The notes under the pieces: model-generated
Told to the model about the DNA's origin: nothing
The model's database searches: none
What the model saw: only the letters and a program-made list of their open reading frames with translations
Shown here: piece by piece, positions 8,699 to 17,255 of the stretch
Layout of the letters: every line of letters starts with the position of its first letter
Numbering within the stretch: the first letter of the stretch is position 1
NCBI RefSeq assembly: GCF_017876815.1
Contig: NZ_JAGIOS010000003.1
Coordinates: 270,001-302,000 of the forward strand
From: Sinorhizobium meliloti
Lineage (GTDB): Bacteria > Pseudomonadota > Alphaproteobacteria > Rhizobiales > Rhizobiaceae
Reading direction: 5' to 3'
Length of the DNA: 32,000 nt
Made by a program: the position numbers and the translations under genes

Positions 8699-9085
8699 TT
8701 GATCAGACAACTCGCTGACATATATCGTGGCTACTTGGATTGTCTCAATCGGCAAGCCTGGGACGAGCTTGGCCACTTCGTTGACAACGAAATCCAGCAC
8801 AACGGTCGGCTGCTAAGGATATCGGGCTACCGGGAAATGCTGGTGAAGGACTTCGAAGACATTCCAAATTTGCAGTTCAATATTCAACTGCTTGTATGCG
8901 AGCCGCCGCGCCTTGCCGCCCGCCTCTCATTCAATTGCTCCCCTAAAGGCGAGTTCTTGGGCCTGAGCGTCAATGGACAGCAAGTGTCCTTTACAGAGAA
9001 CGTTTTTTACGAATTCGTAGGATCGAAGATCGTTTCGGTATGGTCGGTCATCGACAAGTCGGCAATCGAGGCCCAACTCTCATAG
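8699..9085 (+). CDS. SnoaL-like / predicted ester cyclase family protein (NTF2-fold)
   Basis: ORF 8609..9085. I prefer the TTG at 8699, 6 nt after AAGGAG (8687-8692). The sequence LADIYRGYLDCLNRQAWDELGHFVDNEIQHNGRLL...FEDIPNLQFNIQLLV...RLSFNCSPKGEFLGL..NGQQVSFTENVFYEF..KIVSVWSVIDK fits the ester-cyclase pattern of SnoaL-like proteins. Confidence 0.7.
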   Translation: MIRQLADIYRGYLDCLNRQAWDELGHFVDNEIQHNGRLLRISGYREMLVKDFEDIPNLQFNIQLLVCEPPRLAARLSFNCSPKGEFLGLSVNGQQVSFTENVFYEFVGSKIVSVWSVIDKSAIEAQLS

Positions 9086-9598
9086 TAGGGAGAGTTGGTC
9101 AACGACGGCCTTAAGGCCGAAACGAATACGTCATCGTTGACCGGTAGCAGCAGGTCGTATGCTGCCTCCGGCGACGATCAGGGACGACTTGTCGATGGCA
9201 GTCGGCGCCCAGTTCCTCAAAGAGATGCGTCGGACCGAGGTTCAATCACGATCGACTACCACCGCACCATCCTGAATCAATATGAGCTGAAGAGGACGCC
9301 GGAAGACTCGAGATTGCTGTACGCTCGCTGGCAAATCCGGTCGAGCCGAAGGCCACTCGAGAGTTCTATCCTACCGGTTTTTCGTGAACGCGTCCGAGCG
9401 GACAGCGCGCGGCGTCATCAACTACAAGGGTCCTGACGCTTGGATCGTTCATCACGATATCTCGATGAGTTTGCCCGACCGCGCTGCATGCGGTAGCGAC
9501 GTTGACGGAAGTCATCTGGCCCACTGACATCGGAAATCCAGGCCTGGATTGAAAGCTCGTCGCTGCGCCAGTGCGATGAACGCCTTGGGGCGGAACAT

Positions 9599-9808
9599 TC
9601 AGGCATCTCGGCTGGCAACCGGTACCTCACAACGCCATTTTCTGACGCTTAGGCCTGGATGCTGTCCAGACCAGTTGCTGACATACATAACGGAACGGAA
9701 CATACATTGCGTCAGCGAATCTTGGATCTCGAGCTCCAGGCGCTCCTCACGGCACTTTTCGGGTGCTGACAAAAGGCATACCGTCAGTACAAGAGTTACC
9801 GGCCCCAT
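9599..9808 (-). CDS. Small (69 aa) predicted exported protein with four cysteines; conserved-hypothetical type
   Basis: Internal ATG (9808..9806) of ORF 9599..9841, preceded by GGAGGG with a 7-nt spacer (cgcaGGAGGGtataattATG). It has a hydrophobic N-terminus (MGPVTLVLTVCLLSAPEKC) and Cys at positions 11, 19, 35 and 60. It is the only ORF with a good RBS in the otherwise non-coding 9.1-10.3 kb stretch. Confidence 0.45.
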   Translation of the reverse strand: MGPVTLVLTVCLLSAPEKCREERLELEIQDSLTQCMFRSVMYVSNWSGQHPGLSVRKWRCEVPVASRDA

Positions 9809-10318
9809 AATTATACCCTCCTGCGCTCGAATTAAGCACACGCGGATAGCGTCGATGACCGTATTGATGAACTAGGAATCCATTCACGTCATGTGCGCTT
9901 TCCCTTTGGTGCACGAGCTGTTTCTGCAGATTTCCGTTCTAGGCTCTCATTTATGACAGTTACTGAAAATCCCCGCAGTTCCTAAGGGAACAAGTTTGGC
10001 GATTTCCCGGAGATCTCGATCGGGGGCACTTCGTCCCGTTTCCCTTCTTGTCCCATGAAACTGTCAACGAGCCCAACCGGTTTGCAGGGTGATAACGCCC
10101 CAAGTGAGCGTTTGCCCTTGCGAAAGATTCTGAATGCACCGACGTCTTCGCGGCACGTCGATGCTTGATGAGGAGCTGGTCCTTCATCAAAGAGAACGCA
10201 TGCGCGGTGTAAGGAATGGTTAGCGAAAGCGGGTTCAGTCGATCCATTCTGACCGGCAGAGCCTTGGGGCTGCCGGCCGCTGGAAACCTCTTTCCTGGTT
10301 CAGGTCTGCTTTCCTAAC

Positions 10319-11716
10319 TCAGATGTGCCAGTCTGCGTCGAGCGAATAGGCCTTGACATAGTCGACCTTCATTTCAGCGCCGCCCATGAGCCCGTCGGTT
10401 GGCCGGCCTGCCATCCCGCCAATCGCAAGATTGACAAGCATGTACATCGGATCGTGCATGTCCGAGGGGGTGTCGGCGCGTGCGATCGCGGCATCGTCGA
10501 AGTACCAGACGATCTCCTCTTCCGTCCAAAGCACACCATATTTGTGAAAGCCACTTGTATCGGTGACCCTGGCTGCGCTTGCGATGCTGGTCTGAGAACC
10601 GGTCTCATTGGAATGCACGGTGGCGATGACGGTATTCGGATCCTGGCCGTGCATCTCGACCACATCCAGTTCCGGGGGCCAGGTGCCGTCGCCCGGCAGC
10701 AGCCAAAATGCTGGCCACGCCCCCTGATCATCCGGCATGTCGGCGCGCATCTCGAAATAGCCGTAAGTCTGAGCAAATGACGAGTAGGTCGTCAGCATGC
10801 CGGAGGTATAATCATACCCGTTGGTTTCGGCTTGGATCGCCTGTGAAGCCGGCTTGGCGGTGATCGTGAGAACGCCGTCCGTCACGGAAAATGGATTGGC
10901 CGAGGCGGTCGGCTGATAGTTCGGATTGACGTACCATTGCAGCTCGTCATTACCGGTGAGGGTTGCCCCCTTTTCGGGTGCCCACCAGTACTTCGGGTCC
11001 CAGACACCGCTGGTACCATCGCTGAGCTGCAGAGTGTTGAAGTCATCGGAGAAGGTCTGCGTCAGAACGGATCGGTCCAGCGCCAGGCTGAACTGGTTCG
11101 CATGCAGCTGATCGGCGCTCGTATTTGCAAAGACGAGATACTCGCCATCGGCGAGACTGAGCTTGAGATCCAAGCCTTCCTGGGCAACGTTGGCAAGAAT
11201 GTGGTCGAACGACGTAAAACCATAACCTTCGAGCCTCACCACATCGTCGGAGCCGAAGTCGCTGATCAGGTCGCTACCGTTGCCCATTTTGAAAGCGAAG
11301 GTGTCTGCACCACCCGCCCCGGTGAGGACGTCGTTGCCAGCGCCACCATTGATCGTCTGGCTGCCAGAGCCGCCGCTGATGATGTTGCTGGCACTATTGC
11401 CGAAGCCAAACCCTTCGACGCCGGTGACCGTCAGGTTCTCGAAATTCTCCGGCAGGGAGTAGCTCATCCAGGTGTTGATCGTATCGACGCCCGCACTGGG
11501 CGCCTCAGAGGCTCGGTTGACCCCCGAATAAAGATAGTAGATGTCGTCGCCTGAGTCCCCAGTCATAGTGACATCGACGGAACTGTCAGCCCACATCGAA
11601 TCGTTGCCGGCCGTTCCGTAGAGCAGCGGTCCGGACCCGCTGGCGGAAAACCATGCCGTAGAACTACCGCCATAGGACAGCGGCTCGCCTAGGGCATTCG
11701 TGACAGTTCTGCTCAT
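10319..11716 (-). CDS. Secreted endo-1,3-1,4-beta-glycanase, GH16 catalytic domain with N-terminal RTX-type Gly-rich repeats (ExsH/EglC-like succinoglycan depolymerase family)
   Basis: 465 aa. Nonapeptide-type repeats GGSGSQTINGGAGNDVLTGAGGADTFAF lie at about 11294-11377. The GH16 active-site motif ELDVVE (ExDxxE) is at 10655-10672, within AWPAFWLLP...PPELDVVEMHG. The C-terminal part shows the beta-jelly-roll pattern (YGVLWTEEEIVWYFDD, MYMLVNLAIGG). There is no N-terminal signal peptide, consistent with a type I secretion substrate. Confidence 0.9.
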   Translation of the reverse strand: MSRTVTNALGEPLSYGGSSTAWFSASGSGPLLYGTAGNDSMWADSSVDVTMTGDSGDDIYYLYSGVNRASEAPSAGVDTINTWMSYSLPENFENLTVTGVEGFGFGNSASNIISGGSGSQTINGGAGNDVLTGAGGADTFAFKMGNGSDLISDFGSDDVVRLEGYGFTSFDHILANVAQEGLDLKLSLADGEYLVFANTSADQLHANQFSLALDRSVLTQTFSDDFNTLQLSDGTSGVWDPKYWWAPEKGATLTGNDELQWYVNPNYQPTASANPFSVTDGVLTITAKPASQAIQAETNGYDYTSGMLTTYSSFAQTYGYFEMRADMPDDQGAWPAFWLLPGDGTWPPELDVVEMHGQDPNTVIATVHSNETGSQTSIASAARVTDTSGFHKYGVLWTEEEIVWYFDDAAIARADTPSDMHDPMYMLVNLAIGGMAGRPTDGLMGGAEMKVDYVKAYSLDADWHI

Positions 11717-11810
11717 CGAGAAGTCTCCTGTTTAGTGGTTTGACCCCCGCCCCGCAGGGCCACCCCTAGCATCCCGTAGTGTGACTTGTCGCACACACCT
11801 CCCGCCTTAA

Positions 11811-11846
11811 CCGAGCAAGATGGCCGAGCAAGATGGAGGTGAGGTG
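11811..11846. repeat. Perfect tandem duplication of a 13-mer (CCGAGCAAGATGG x2) immediately followed by AGGTG x2
   Basis: Read directly: ccgagcaagatgg at 11811-11823 and again at 11824-11836, then aggtg aggtg at 11837-11846. It lies in the 318-bp divergent intergenic region between the glycanase gene and the SyrB-like gene. Confidence 0.9.
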
Positions 11847-12034
11847 AGCTATGGCCCACACCCGCGACTGGTGCGCCGTGCCGTAGCTGACAGGTACGAC
11901 TACGCTGCAAGCACCCATGGCTCCCTCGTACGGGGTCCAACATCAACAATCTGTAAAGCAGATGTTTGATAGTCGTGTTGACTCTGTGGTGCACTCAGCA
12001 GAAAACAAAATCATAACTAAGGAGGGTATTGCTG

Positions 12035-12490
12035 ATGGCTGACGAGAGTAACACCGGGTCAATTGCTGCGGCTGTAGCGCCACACGCCGACGTGAAAGCA
12101 CCAGCGGCTAAGAAGAAGAGGTCGCCACGGCGCCAGAAGGCGGTTGCCGAACCAAGGCGAGCTGTATCGGAGACGCCGGCCGCCAAACCGAGGCGATATA
12201 GCGAACAACAGAGAAAAGAGAAGCTTAAGCTGATAGAGACGCAAGTCACCGAAGGCAAAGTTACGCTCAAAGACGCTATTAAGAGCGCCGGCATTTCCGA
12301 GCAAACCTACTATCAGTGGAAGCGGACCGTAAAGCCGGTTGAGCAAAAGGCCGAGAAACGTCTTCCCACCGGCGAGGAGCTGGCGGATCTCGTTCGACTC
12401 GAAGAAGAAAACCAGAGGCTCCGCAAGCTTCTGGCGGAGAAGTTGCGAGCGGAAAATGCCGACCTGCGCAAGAGGCTTGGGCTGGATTAG
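12035..12490 (+). CDS. SyrB-like small regulatory protein (IS3-OrfA-type helix-turn-helix plus C-terminal leucine-zipper-like helix)
   Basis: The ATG at 12035 lies 9 nt after AAGGAGGG. The N-terminus is basic and low-complexity. The HTH segment is RRYSEQQRKEKLKLIETQVTEGKVTLKDAIKSAGISEQTYYQWKR and the coiled-coil tail is LVRLEEENQRLRKLLAEKLRAENADLRKRLGLD. No DDE transposase ORF or terminal inverted repeats follow, so this is a stand-alone regulator rather than an IS. Confidence 0.7.
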   Translation: MADESNTGSIAAAVAPHADVKAPAAKKKRSPRRQKAVAEPRRAVSETPAAKPRRYSEQQRKEKLKLIETQVTEGKVTLKDAIKSAGISEQTYYQWKRTVKPVEQKAEKRLPTGEELADLVRLEEENQRLRKLLAEKLRAENADLRKRLGLD

Positions 12491-13417
12491 TCACGACCGG
12501 GATGCGCAGGCTGGACGGTCGCTTCGGCGTCCTACTGCGTGACGCCAAAAGCTCGAGTTTGCTTCCAATTTCTAATTGGGCCGGCAAAATGATGCGCTGC
12601 TGGTTCCCCGCCGTCACCTCGCGAAAGGCTCGCTAGCTGCGAGTGGGCACGTAAAGCACAGATCCGCCTCGCGCGTGGAGGAGCTGCAGTGCGGGGAGGG
12701 GCTGTATTGGTGCGGTCATCAGGCGCGGCGCGCCCGACCGGCGTTGTCCTTTTCACTTTGCTTGGGACCGACAGGTTATGAACGCCACAACGGAGATTCG
12801 CTGGGGAATCAATGTCGGTGCGACGACAGCCAAAAGTCCCAAAACTCAATCTGGGGAGACACGGACCTGAGGACTCTGGAGCGCGACGTGAAGGAGAAGG
12901 CGTCGCATCTGTTATGCCCTTCTCAGCTGAAATCGCACCGGCACTCCGACAAATTCAGATTCTTTTAGCGAAGATGCGGGCGATGTCGACATTGCACGAG
13001 CAGTGATTCTGACCGCCGGCGGAGCAGAGCTCGATGTGCCGAGGCAGCAGGAGCGCCCGCCAGGACCTTAGGCTCGAACAAGATCTAGGGGCACTCCTCG
13101 AAAGCGAGCAAGCGGCTCAGGAGGCTGTTGGCGGGACAGCTTCATGCACAACTTGCTTTTCAAGAAGAAGCTCTCGCGGTTTGATGTGCCATTGCGGGAT
13201 TGCGCCTCATTCTGGGACAATCGCCGGACTAACGCCTCGGTAGCCTCCGCTGGTGATCGAATAGCGAAAAAGGGGACGTCTGAGGTGGAGTTCGAGTAGA
13301 AGGTGTGGCGCCTGATTCGAGCGTTTCCGGCAACCCAGGCGGACTGCGAATATCGCCCGATGCATGCTACCGCTCGGGCCCGGGCGAGCGTATTATCGGG
13401 GCTGCGATTTCACGAGG

Positions 13418-13720
13418 ATGGATGATTTGGATTTACACGCCTTCAGAGATTCGCTCGCCGAGCCACAACCGCCCGTCGGTTTAAGCCCTGCGCTGGAGGC
13501 GCTGTGGTGGGATGGAAAGGGCGATTGGAACAAGGCGCACGAACGCGCGCAGGAGCACGAGAATAGGGCGGGTATGCATGTGCATGCCTATCTCCATCGC
13601 AAGGAAGGCGATCAATCGAACGCCGAATATTGGTATCGCAGATGCGATATCGTACCATCGACCTTGACGGTCGATGAAGAATGGGAAGAGCTCGCACGGG
13701 CACTTTTGAAGCAAGGCTGA
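13418..13720 (+). CDS. Conserved hypothetical protein (about 100 aa)
   Basis: ORF 13364..13720. The part from MDDLDLHAFRDSL shows a pattern I associate with a widespread small family (LSPALEALWWDGKGDWNKAHE..Q......GMHVHAYLHRKEGDQSNAEYWYRR). The start is uncertain (13364 or 13418). A GC-rich hairpin at about 13370-13392 argues weakly for the later start. Confidence 0.5.
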   Translation: MDDLDLHAFRDSLAEPQPPVGLSPALEALWWDGKGDWNKAHERAQEHENRAGMHVHAYLHRKEGDQSNAEYWYRRCDIVPSTLTVDEEWEELARALLKQG

Positions 13721-13846
13721 GCTCTGCTCTCGCGAAGTGGTTCTGCATATTTTGACGTTAGAGCGCATCAATGCGCGAACCGCCGAATGGACGGAAAAGG
13801 ACGGCAGAATTTTTGATCCGCGCGCATTGGGAAGGCGCAATTGCGT

Positions 13847-15610
13847 ATGGCCAAGGAATCCATCAGACGCCGGCTTGCAGCCATTCTCGCCGCTGATACG
13901 GTCGGTTACAGCCGGCTCATGGAGCGGGACGAAAAGAGCACCCACACTTTGCTTATGGCTCGGTGGAAAGAGGTGCTGGAGCCGCTCGTCGGTATTCATC
14001 AGGGCCGTGTCTTCAAGAGGACTGGTGACGGCGTGCTCGTAGAGTTCGGCAGCGCGGTCAACGCCGTCGAATGCGCTGCAGCACTTCAGCAGGCCATGGC
14101 GGCCGCAAACAGAGACCTGCCGGAAGACCGTGCCATCGTACTCCGCGTCGGTGTCAATCTCGGCGACATCATGGTTGAGGACAGCGATCTCTTCGGCGAC
14201 GGGGTCAATGTAGCTGCCCGCATCGAGGCGCTTGCCGACCCCGGCGGCGTGGCGATTTCGGATGGAATTCATGAATATGTGCATGGCCGCACCGATATCG
14301 CCTTCGTCGACAGTGGTTATCATGAAGTCAAGAACATCGAGCGGCCGGTGCACATCTGGACCTGGTCGCCTAAGGACCACGCGAGGGAGCCCCTTAATAT
14401 CGCTGCCGAACCGCCCCCGCAGCTTCCGGCGAAGCCGTCCATAGCCGTCCTTCCATTTGACAACATGTCCGGCGACCCGGAGCAAGGTTACTTCGCCGAT
14501 GGTATTACTGAAGACATCATCACGGATCTCTCGAAGGTTTCCGGCCTTTTCGTAATCGCCCGAAATTCCTCTTTCGCCTACAAAGGCAAGACGCCGGACA
14601 TCCGCAAGGTGAGCCGGGAACTCGGTGTACGCTATGTCCTGGAAGGCAGCGTACGCAGGGCGGCCAACCGCATCCGCATCAACGCCCAGATGATCGACGG
14701 CACGACCGGCGGCCATTTGTGGGCAGAGCGTTACGATCGGGGGCTTGAAGATATTTTCGCCGTTCAGGACGAGGTGACGCGCACCATCGTCAATGCGCTG
14801 CGCGTCAAGCTGACCGCCGGCGAGGAGGAGCGGCGCGAGAGCCGCGGCAAGGTCGATCCAGAGGCCTATGACCTGCTCGTCCGCTCCCGTCAGGCGATCC
14901 TGCAGTTCAACGCGTTGTCCTCCATGGAGGCCCGCCGCATGCTGCACCGCGTCCTCGAGATCGATCCAGGGATGGCGGCTGCCCACGCTTCGCTTTCGAT
15001 TATCGCCTTGACCGACTTCATCAACCAGTGGAACGGCGCGACGCCTGACAATCTCACACAGGCACTTGGGCTGGCCCAAGAGGCAATCGATACCGACGGT
15101 TCCGAGCCGCAAGGTCACTACACACTCGCGCTTGCCCTTTCCTGGATGCGGCGTCTGGACGAGGCAGAGCAGGCTGCAGAGCGGGCTATCGAACTCGACC
15201 CCAATTCCGCCAACGCCTATACGGCACTCGGTACCATTCGGGATTTCCAGGGCCGGCACGAAGAGGCTTTGGCGCTGTATACACGAGCCCACCGGCTGGA
15301 CCCCCAATTCGACCTGTCGCTGCATTTCCAAGGGAGGGCTCTGTTGAATCTCGGCCGTTTTGACGAGGCCGAGGTCGCCTTCAAACGTCGGTTATTGCTT
15401 GCGCCCCGGTCGGATATGACGCGCTTTTATCTTGCCTGCCTCTATGGTCGTACCGGGCGGCATGAAGAAGCGCGAGGCTACTGGCGGGAGGTATTGGGGG
15501 TCAACCCGAGCTTTTCCGTCGATCACCTGAGGCGATCTTTACCCTACCAAGATCCCCATCTGATGGACCGGCTGGTGGAAGGTCTCCGTGAGGCGGGAGT
15601 CTCTATCTAG
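13847..15610 (+). CDS. Class III adenylate/guanylate cyclase with TolB-N-like middle domain and C-terminal TPR repeats
   Basis: Cyclase motifs: RRLAAILAADTVGYSRLM, VFKRTGDGVLVEFGS, LFGDGVNVAARIEAL. The middle domain is KPSIAVLPFDNMSGDPEQGYFADGITEDIITDLSK...RYVLEGSVRR...RINAQMID. TPR-like repeats run to the C-terminus. ATG 13847 is preferred over the TTG at 13841. Confidence 0.85.
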   Translation: MAKESIRRRLAAILAADTVGYSRLMERDEKSTHTLLMARWKEVLEPLVGIHQGRVFKRTGDGVLVEFGSAVNAVECAAALQQAMAAANRDLPEDRAIVLRVGVNLGDIMVEDSDLFGDGVNVAARIEALADPGGVAISDGIHEYVHGRTDIAFVDSGYHEVKNIERPVHIWTWSPKDHAREPLNIAAEPPPQLPAKPSIAVLPFDNMSGDPEQGYFADGITEDIITDLSKVSGLFVIARNSSFAYKGKTPDIRKVSRELGVRYVLEGSVRRAANRIRINAQMIDGTTGGHLWAERYDRGLEDIFAVQDEVTRTIVNALRVKLTAGEEERRESRGKVDPEAYDLLVRSRQAILQFNALSSMEARRMLHRVLEIDPGMAAAHASLSIIALTDFINQWNGATPDNLTQALGLAQEAIDTDGSEPQGHYTLALALSWMRRLDEAEQAAERAIELDPNSANAYTALGTIRDFQGRHEEALALYTRAHRLDPQFDLSLHFQGRALLNLGRFDEAEVAFKRRLLLAPRSDMTRFYLACLYGRTGRHEEARGYWREVLGVNPSFSVDHLRRSLPYQDPHLMDRLVEGLREAGVSI

Positions 15611-15612
15611 AG

Positions 15613-15696
15613 CACTTTCAGAAAAAGTGTGTAACGGTGTTCCGTGCGGAAGTGCGTACTTTCAAAGTGTAGGTCGACGCGGCGCTGTAGCACTTT
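15613..15696. promoter_or_regulatory. Cluster of CACTTT/AAAGTG palindromic motifs between the cyclase gene and mscS (candidate operator or RNA structure)
   Basis: CACTTT(15613-18)-N5-AAAGTG(15624-29); ACTTT-C-AAAGT (15658-15668); a third CACTTT half-site at 15691-96; and TTCCG-TG-CGGAA in between. All were read directly. Their function is unknown. Confidence 0.3.
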
Positions 15697-15858
15697 AATC
15701 TGCTGAATGTTTTGTCCTTCAATCGGCTACGATCAAAGGAAACATGCAGTGGGCCCCGTGCAGCAGGGCACTGCGGAAGTGAACTATTTTCCACTGGACC
15801 GCTTCGGAGTAACATTTTGTAACAGGGGGTTTAAAGATCTAGTTCAAGAGGCATCGCC

Positions 15859-17157
15859 GTGGATTTCATGCAGATGGTTCGACCGCTTGAAATCTGGCTC
15901 AGGACATTCGTGCTCAGCGAATGGACATTCTATCAGCTTGGGATTATCGCCGCCGGGTACGTTTTCGCCTCCTTCGTCGCATCGAGAACCGAGCCGGCGA
16001 TGGAATCCAGGGCTCGGCGTATCAAGGGCAATCCAGATCTGCTGCGCGTCATCATCGCCTTCATGCGCCGCCTGAAATGGCTTTTTCTGACCCTTTGGTT
16101 GTGGCTTGCGAGCGTCATTCTCAAACAGGGTACCTGGCCGTCACAACGATGGCTGATCGCTACGGCGCTGTCCCTGGCGGCCGCCTGGTTCATAATTTCC
16201 GTGCTGACCAAGATTATCCGCAACCCGACCCTGTCGCGCCTGGTTGCCATGGTAAGCTGGGGATACCTCGCCGTATATGCCACCGGCCTTGACGGTCCTA
16301 TCCTGTCGGCGCTCGATGCTGCCGCAGTCAATCTGGGCGTGATGCGTCTTTCACTGCTGATCGTTCTGAAGGCGGTTGTTCTGACAGTCGCCCTTATCTG
16401 GGTCGCAGTGCTCGTCGGCAATGTGCTTGCCCATTGGGTTCAGCGTTCGGGTGACCTTTCGCCATCGTTCAAAGTGCTGATCAGCAAGGTCATCAAGATC
16501 GCTCTAATCATGATCGCCGGTGCAATAGCATTGTCCGCGACAGGTATCGATCTCACGGCGCTGACGGTCTTTTCGGGTGCTGTCGGAGTCGGCGTCGGCT
16601 TCGGACTGCAGAAGGTCGTGTCCAATTTCATTTCCGGAATCATCATCCTGCTCGACAAATCGATCAAGCCCGGCGACACGATTACGCTTGGCGACACGTT
16701 CGGATCCATCCGCGACCTCCGCGCGCGTTTCGTGTCGGTCATTACCCGCGATGGGAAGGAATACCTCATCCCCAATGAGGACTTCATCTCGCAACAGGTG
16801 GTGAACTGGTCGTTTTCGAGCGACTACGTCCGCATCGACGTCGATTTCGGCACCTCCTACGACAGCGATCCGCATGAGGTGGTACGGATCGCCGTCGAAA
16901 CCGCATCGGCCGTTCCCCGCGTCGTCAATGACTACAAGGCGCCCGTCTGCTGGATGACCGCCTTTGGTGCCTCCTCGCTGGATTTCCGACTGCGGTTCTG
17001 GATCTCCGATCCGGCAAACGGCCTGACGAATGTGCGCGGCCAAGTTCTGATGGCACTATGGGATTCATTCAAAGAGGCTGGGGTGTCCATCCCCTTTCCG
17101 CATCGAGAAATCATCATGAAGACGCCGGTGGAGATTCAGCGGCCGCCGCGAGGATAG
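15859..17157 (+). CDS. Mechanosensitive ion channel, MscS family (multi-TM N-terminal extension)
   Basis: The GTG at 15859 lies 7 nt after AAGAGG. Several N-terminal TM helices precede the MscS core GVGVGFGLQKVVSNFISGIIILLDKSIKPGDTITLGD.FGSIRDLRARFVSVITRDGKEYLIPNEDFISQQVVNWS and the C-terminal alpha/beta domain (SLDFRLRFWI...IPFPHREI). Confidence 0.9.
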   Translation: MDFMQMVRPLEIWLRTFVLSEWTFYQLGIIAAGYVFASFVASRTEPAMESRARRIKGNPDLLRVIIAFMRRLKWLFLTLWLWLASVILKQGTWPSQRWLIATALSLAAAWFIISVLTKIIRNPTLSRLVAMVSWGYLAVYATGLDGPILSALDAAAVNLGVMRLSLLIVLKAVVLTVALIWVAVLVGNVLAHWVQRSGDLSPSFKVLISKVIKIALIMIAGAIALSATGIDLTALTVFSGAVGVGVGFGLQKVVSNFISGIIILLDKSIKPGDTITLGDTFGSIRDLRARFVSVITRDGKEYLIPNEDFISQQVVNWSFSSDYVRIDVDFGTSYDSDPHEVVRIAVETASAVPRVVNDYKAPVCWMTAFGASSLDFRLRFWISDPANGLTNVRGQVLMALWDSFKEAGVSIPFPHREIIMKTPVEIQRPPRG

Positions 17158-17255
17158 ATTCAGTCAAAAGTCTGCTCGGCGGACGGACGACTCCTCACTC
17201 AACGCGTCATCGTTCGGTTAACAGCGGCGGCGTCCCTTGGACCAACATAATGCCG

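Noticed and set aside
9095-10247. ORFs 9095-9436 (+), 9418-9630 (-), 9549-9875 (+) and 9960-10247 (-)
   Set aside because: I found no RBS and no family resemblance in any frame I translated. They are probably chance ORFs in degenerate sequence.
12035-13400. Possible IS3-family insertion sequence, because the 152-aa product looks like an IS3/IS911 OrfA
   Set aside because: There is no OrfB/DDE transposase frame, no -1 frameshift motif and no terminal inverted repeats in the following ~900 bp. The protein matches the stand-alone SyrB-like regulator type instead. ORFs 12532-12849, 12576-12968, 12812-13006 and 13034-13243 have no homology pattern or RBS that I could recognise.
13481-15331. 616-aa minus-strand ORF, the second-longest in this part of the track
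   Set aside because: It is entirely antisense to the cyclase/TolB/TPR gene, whose product has clear family motifs. The antisense translation is low-complexity (R/G/A/L-rich) with no recognisable domain or RBS. This is the typical high-GC shadow ORF.
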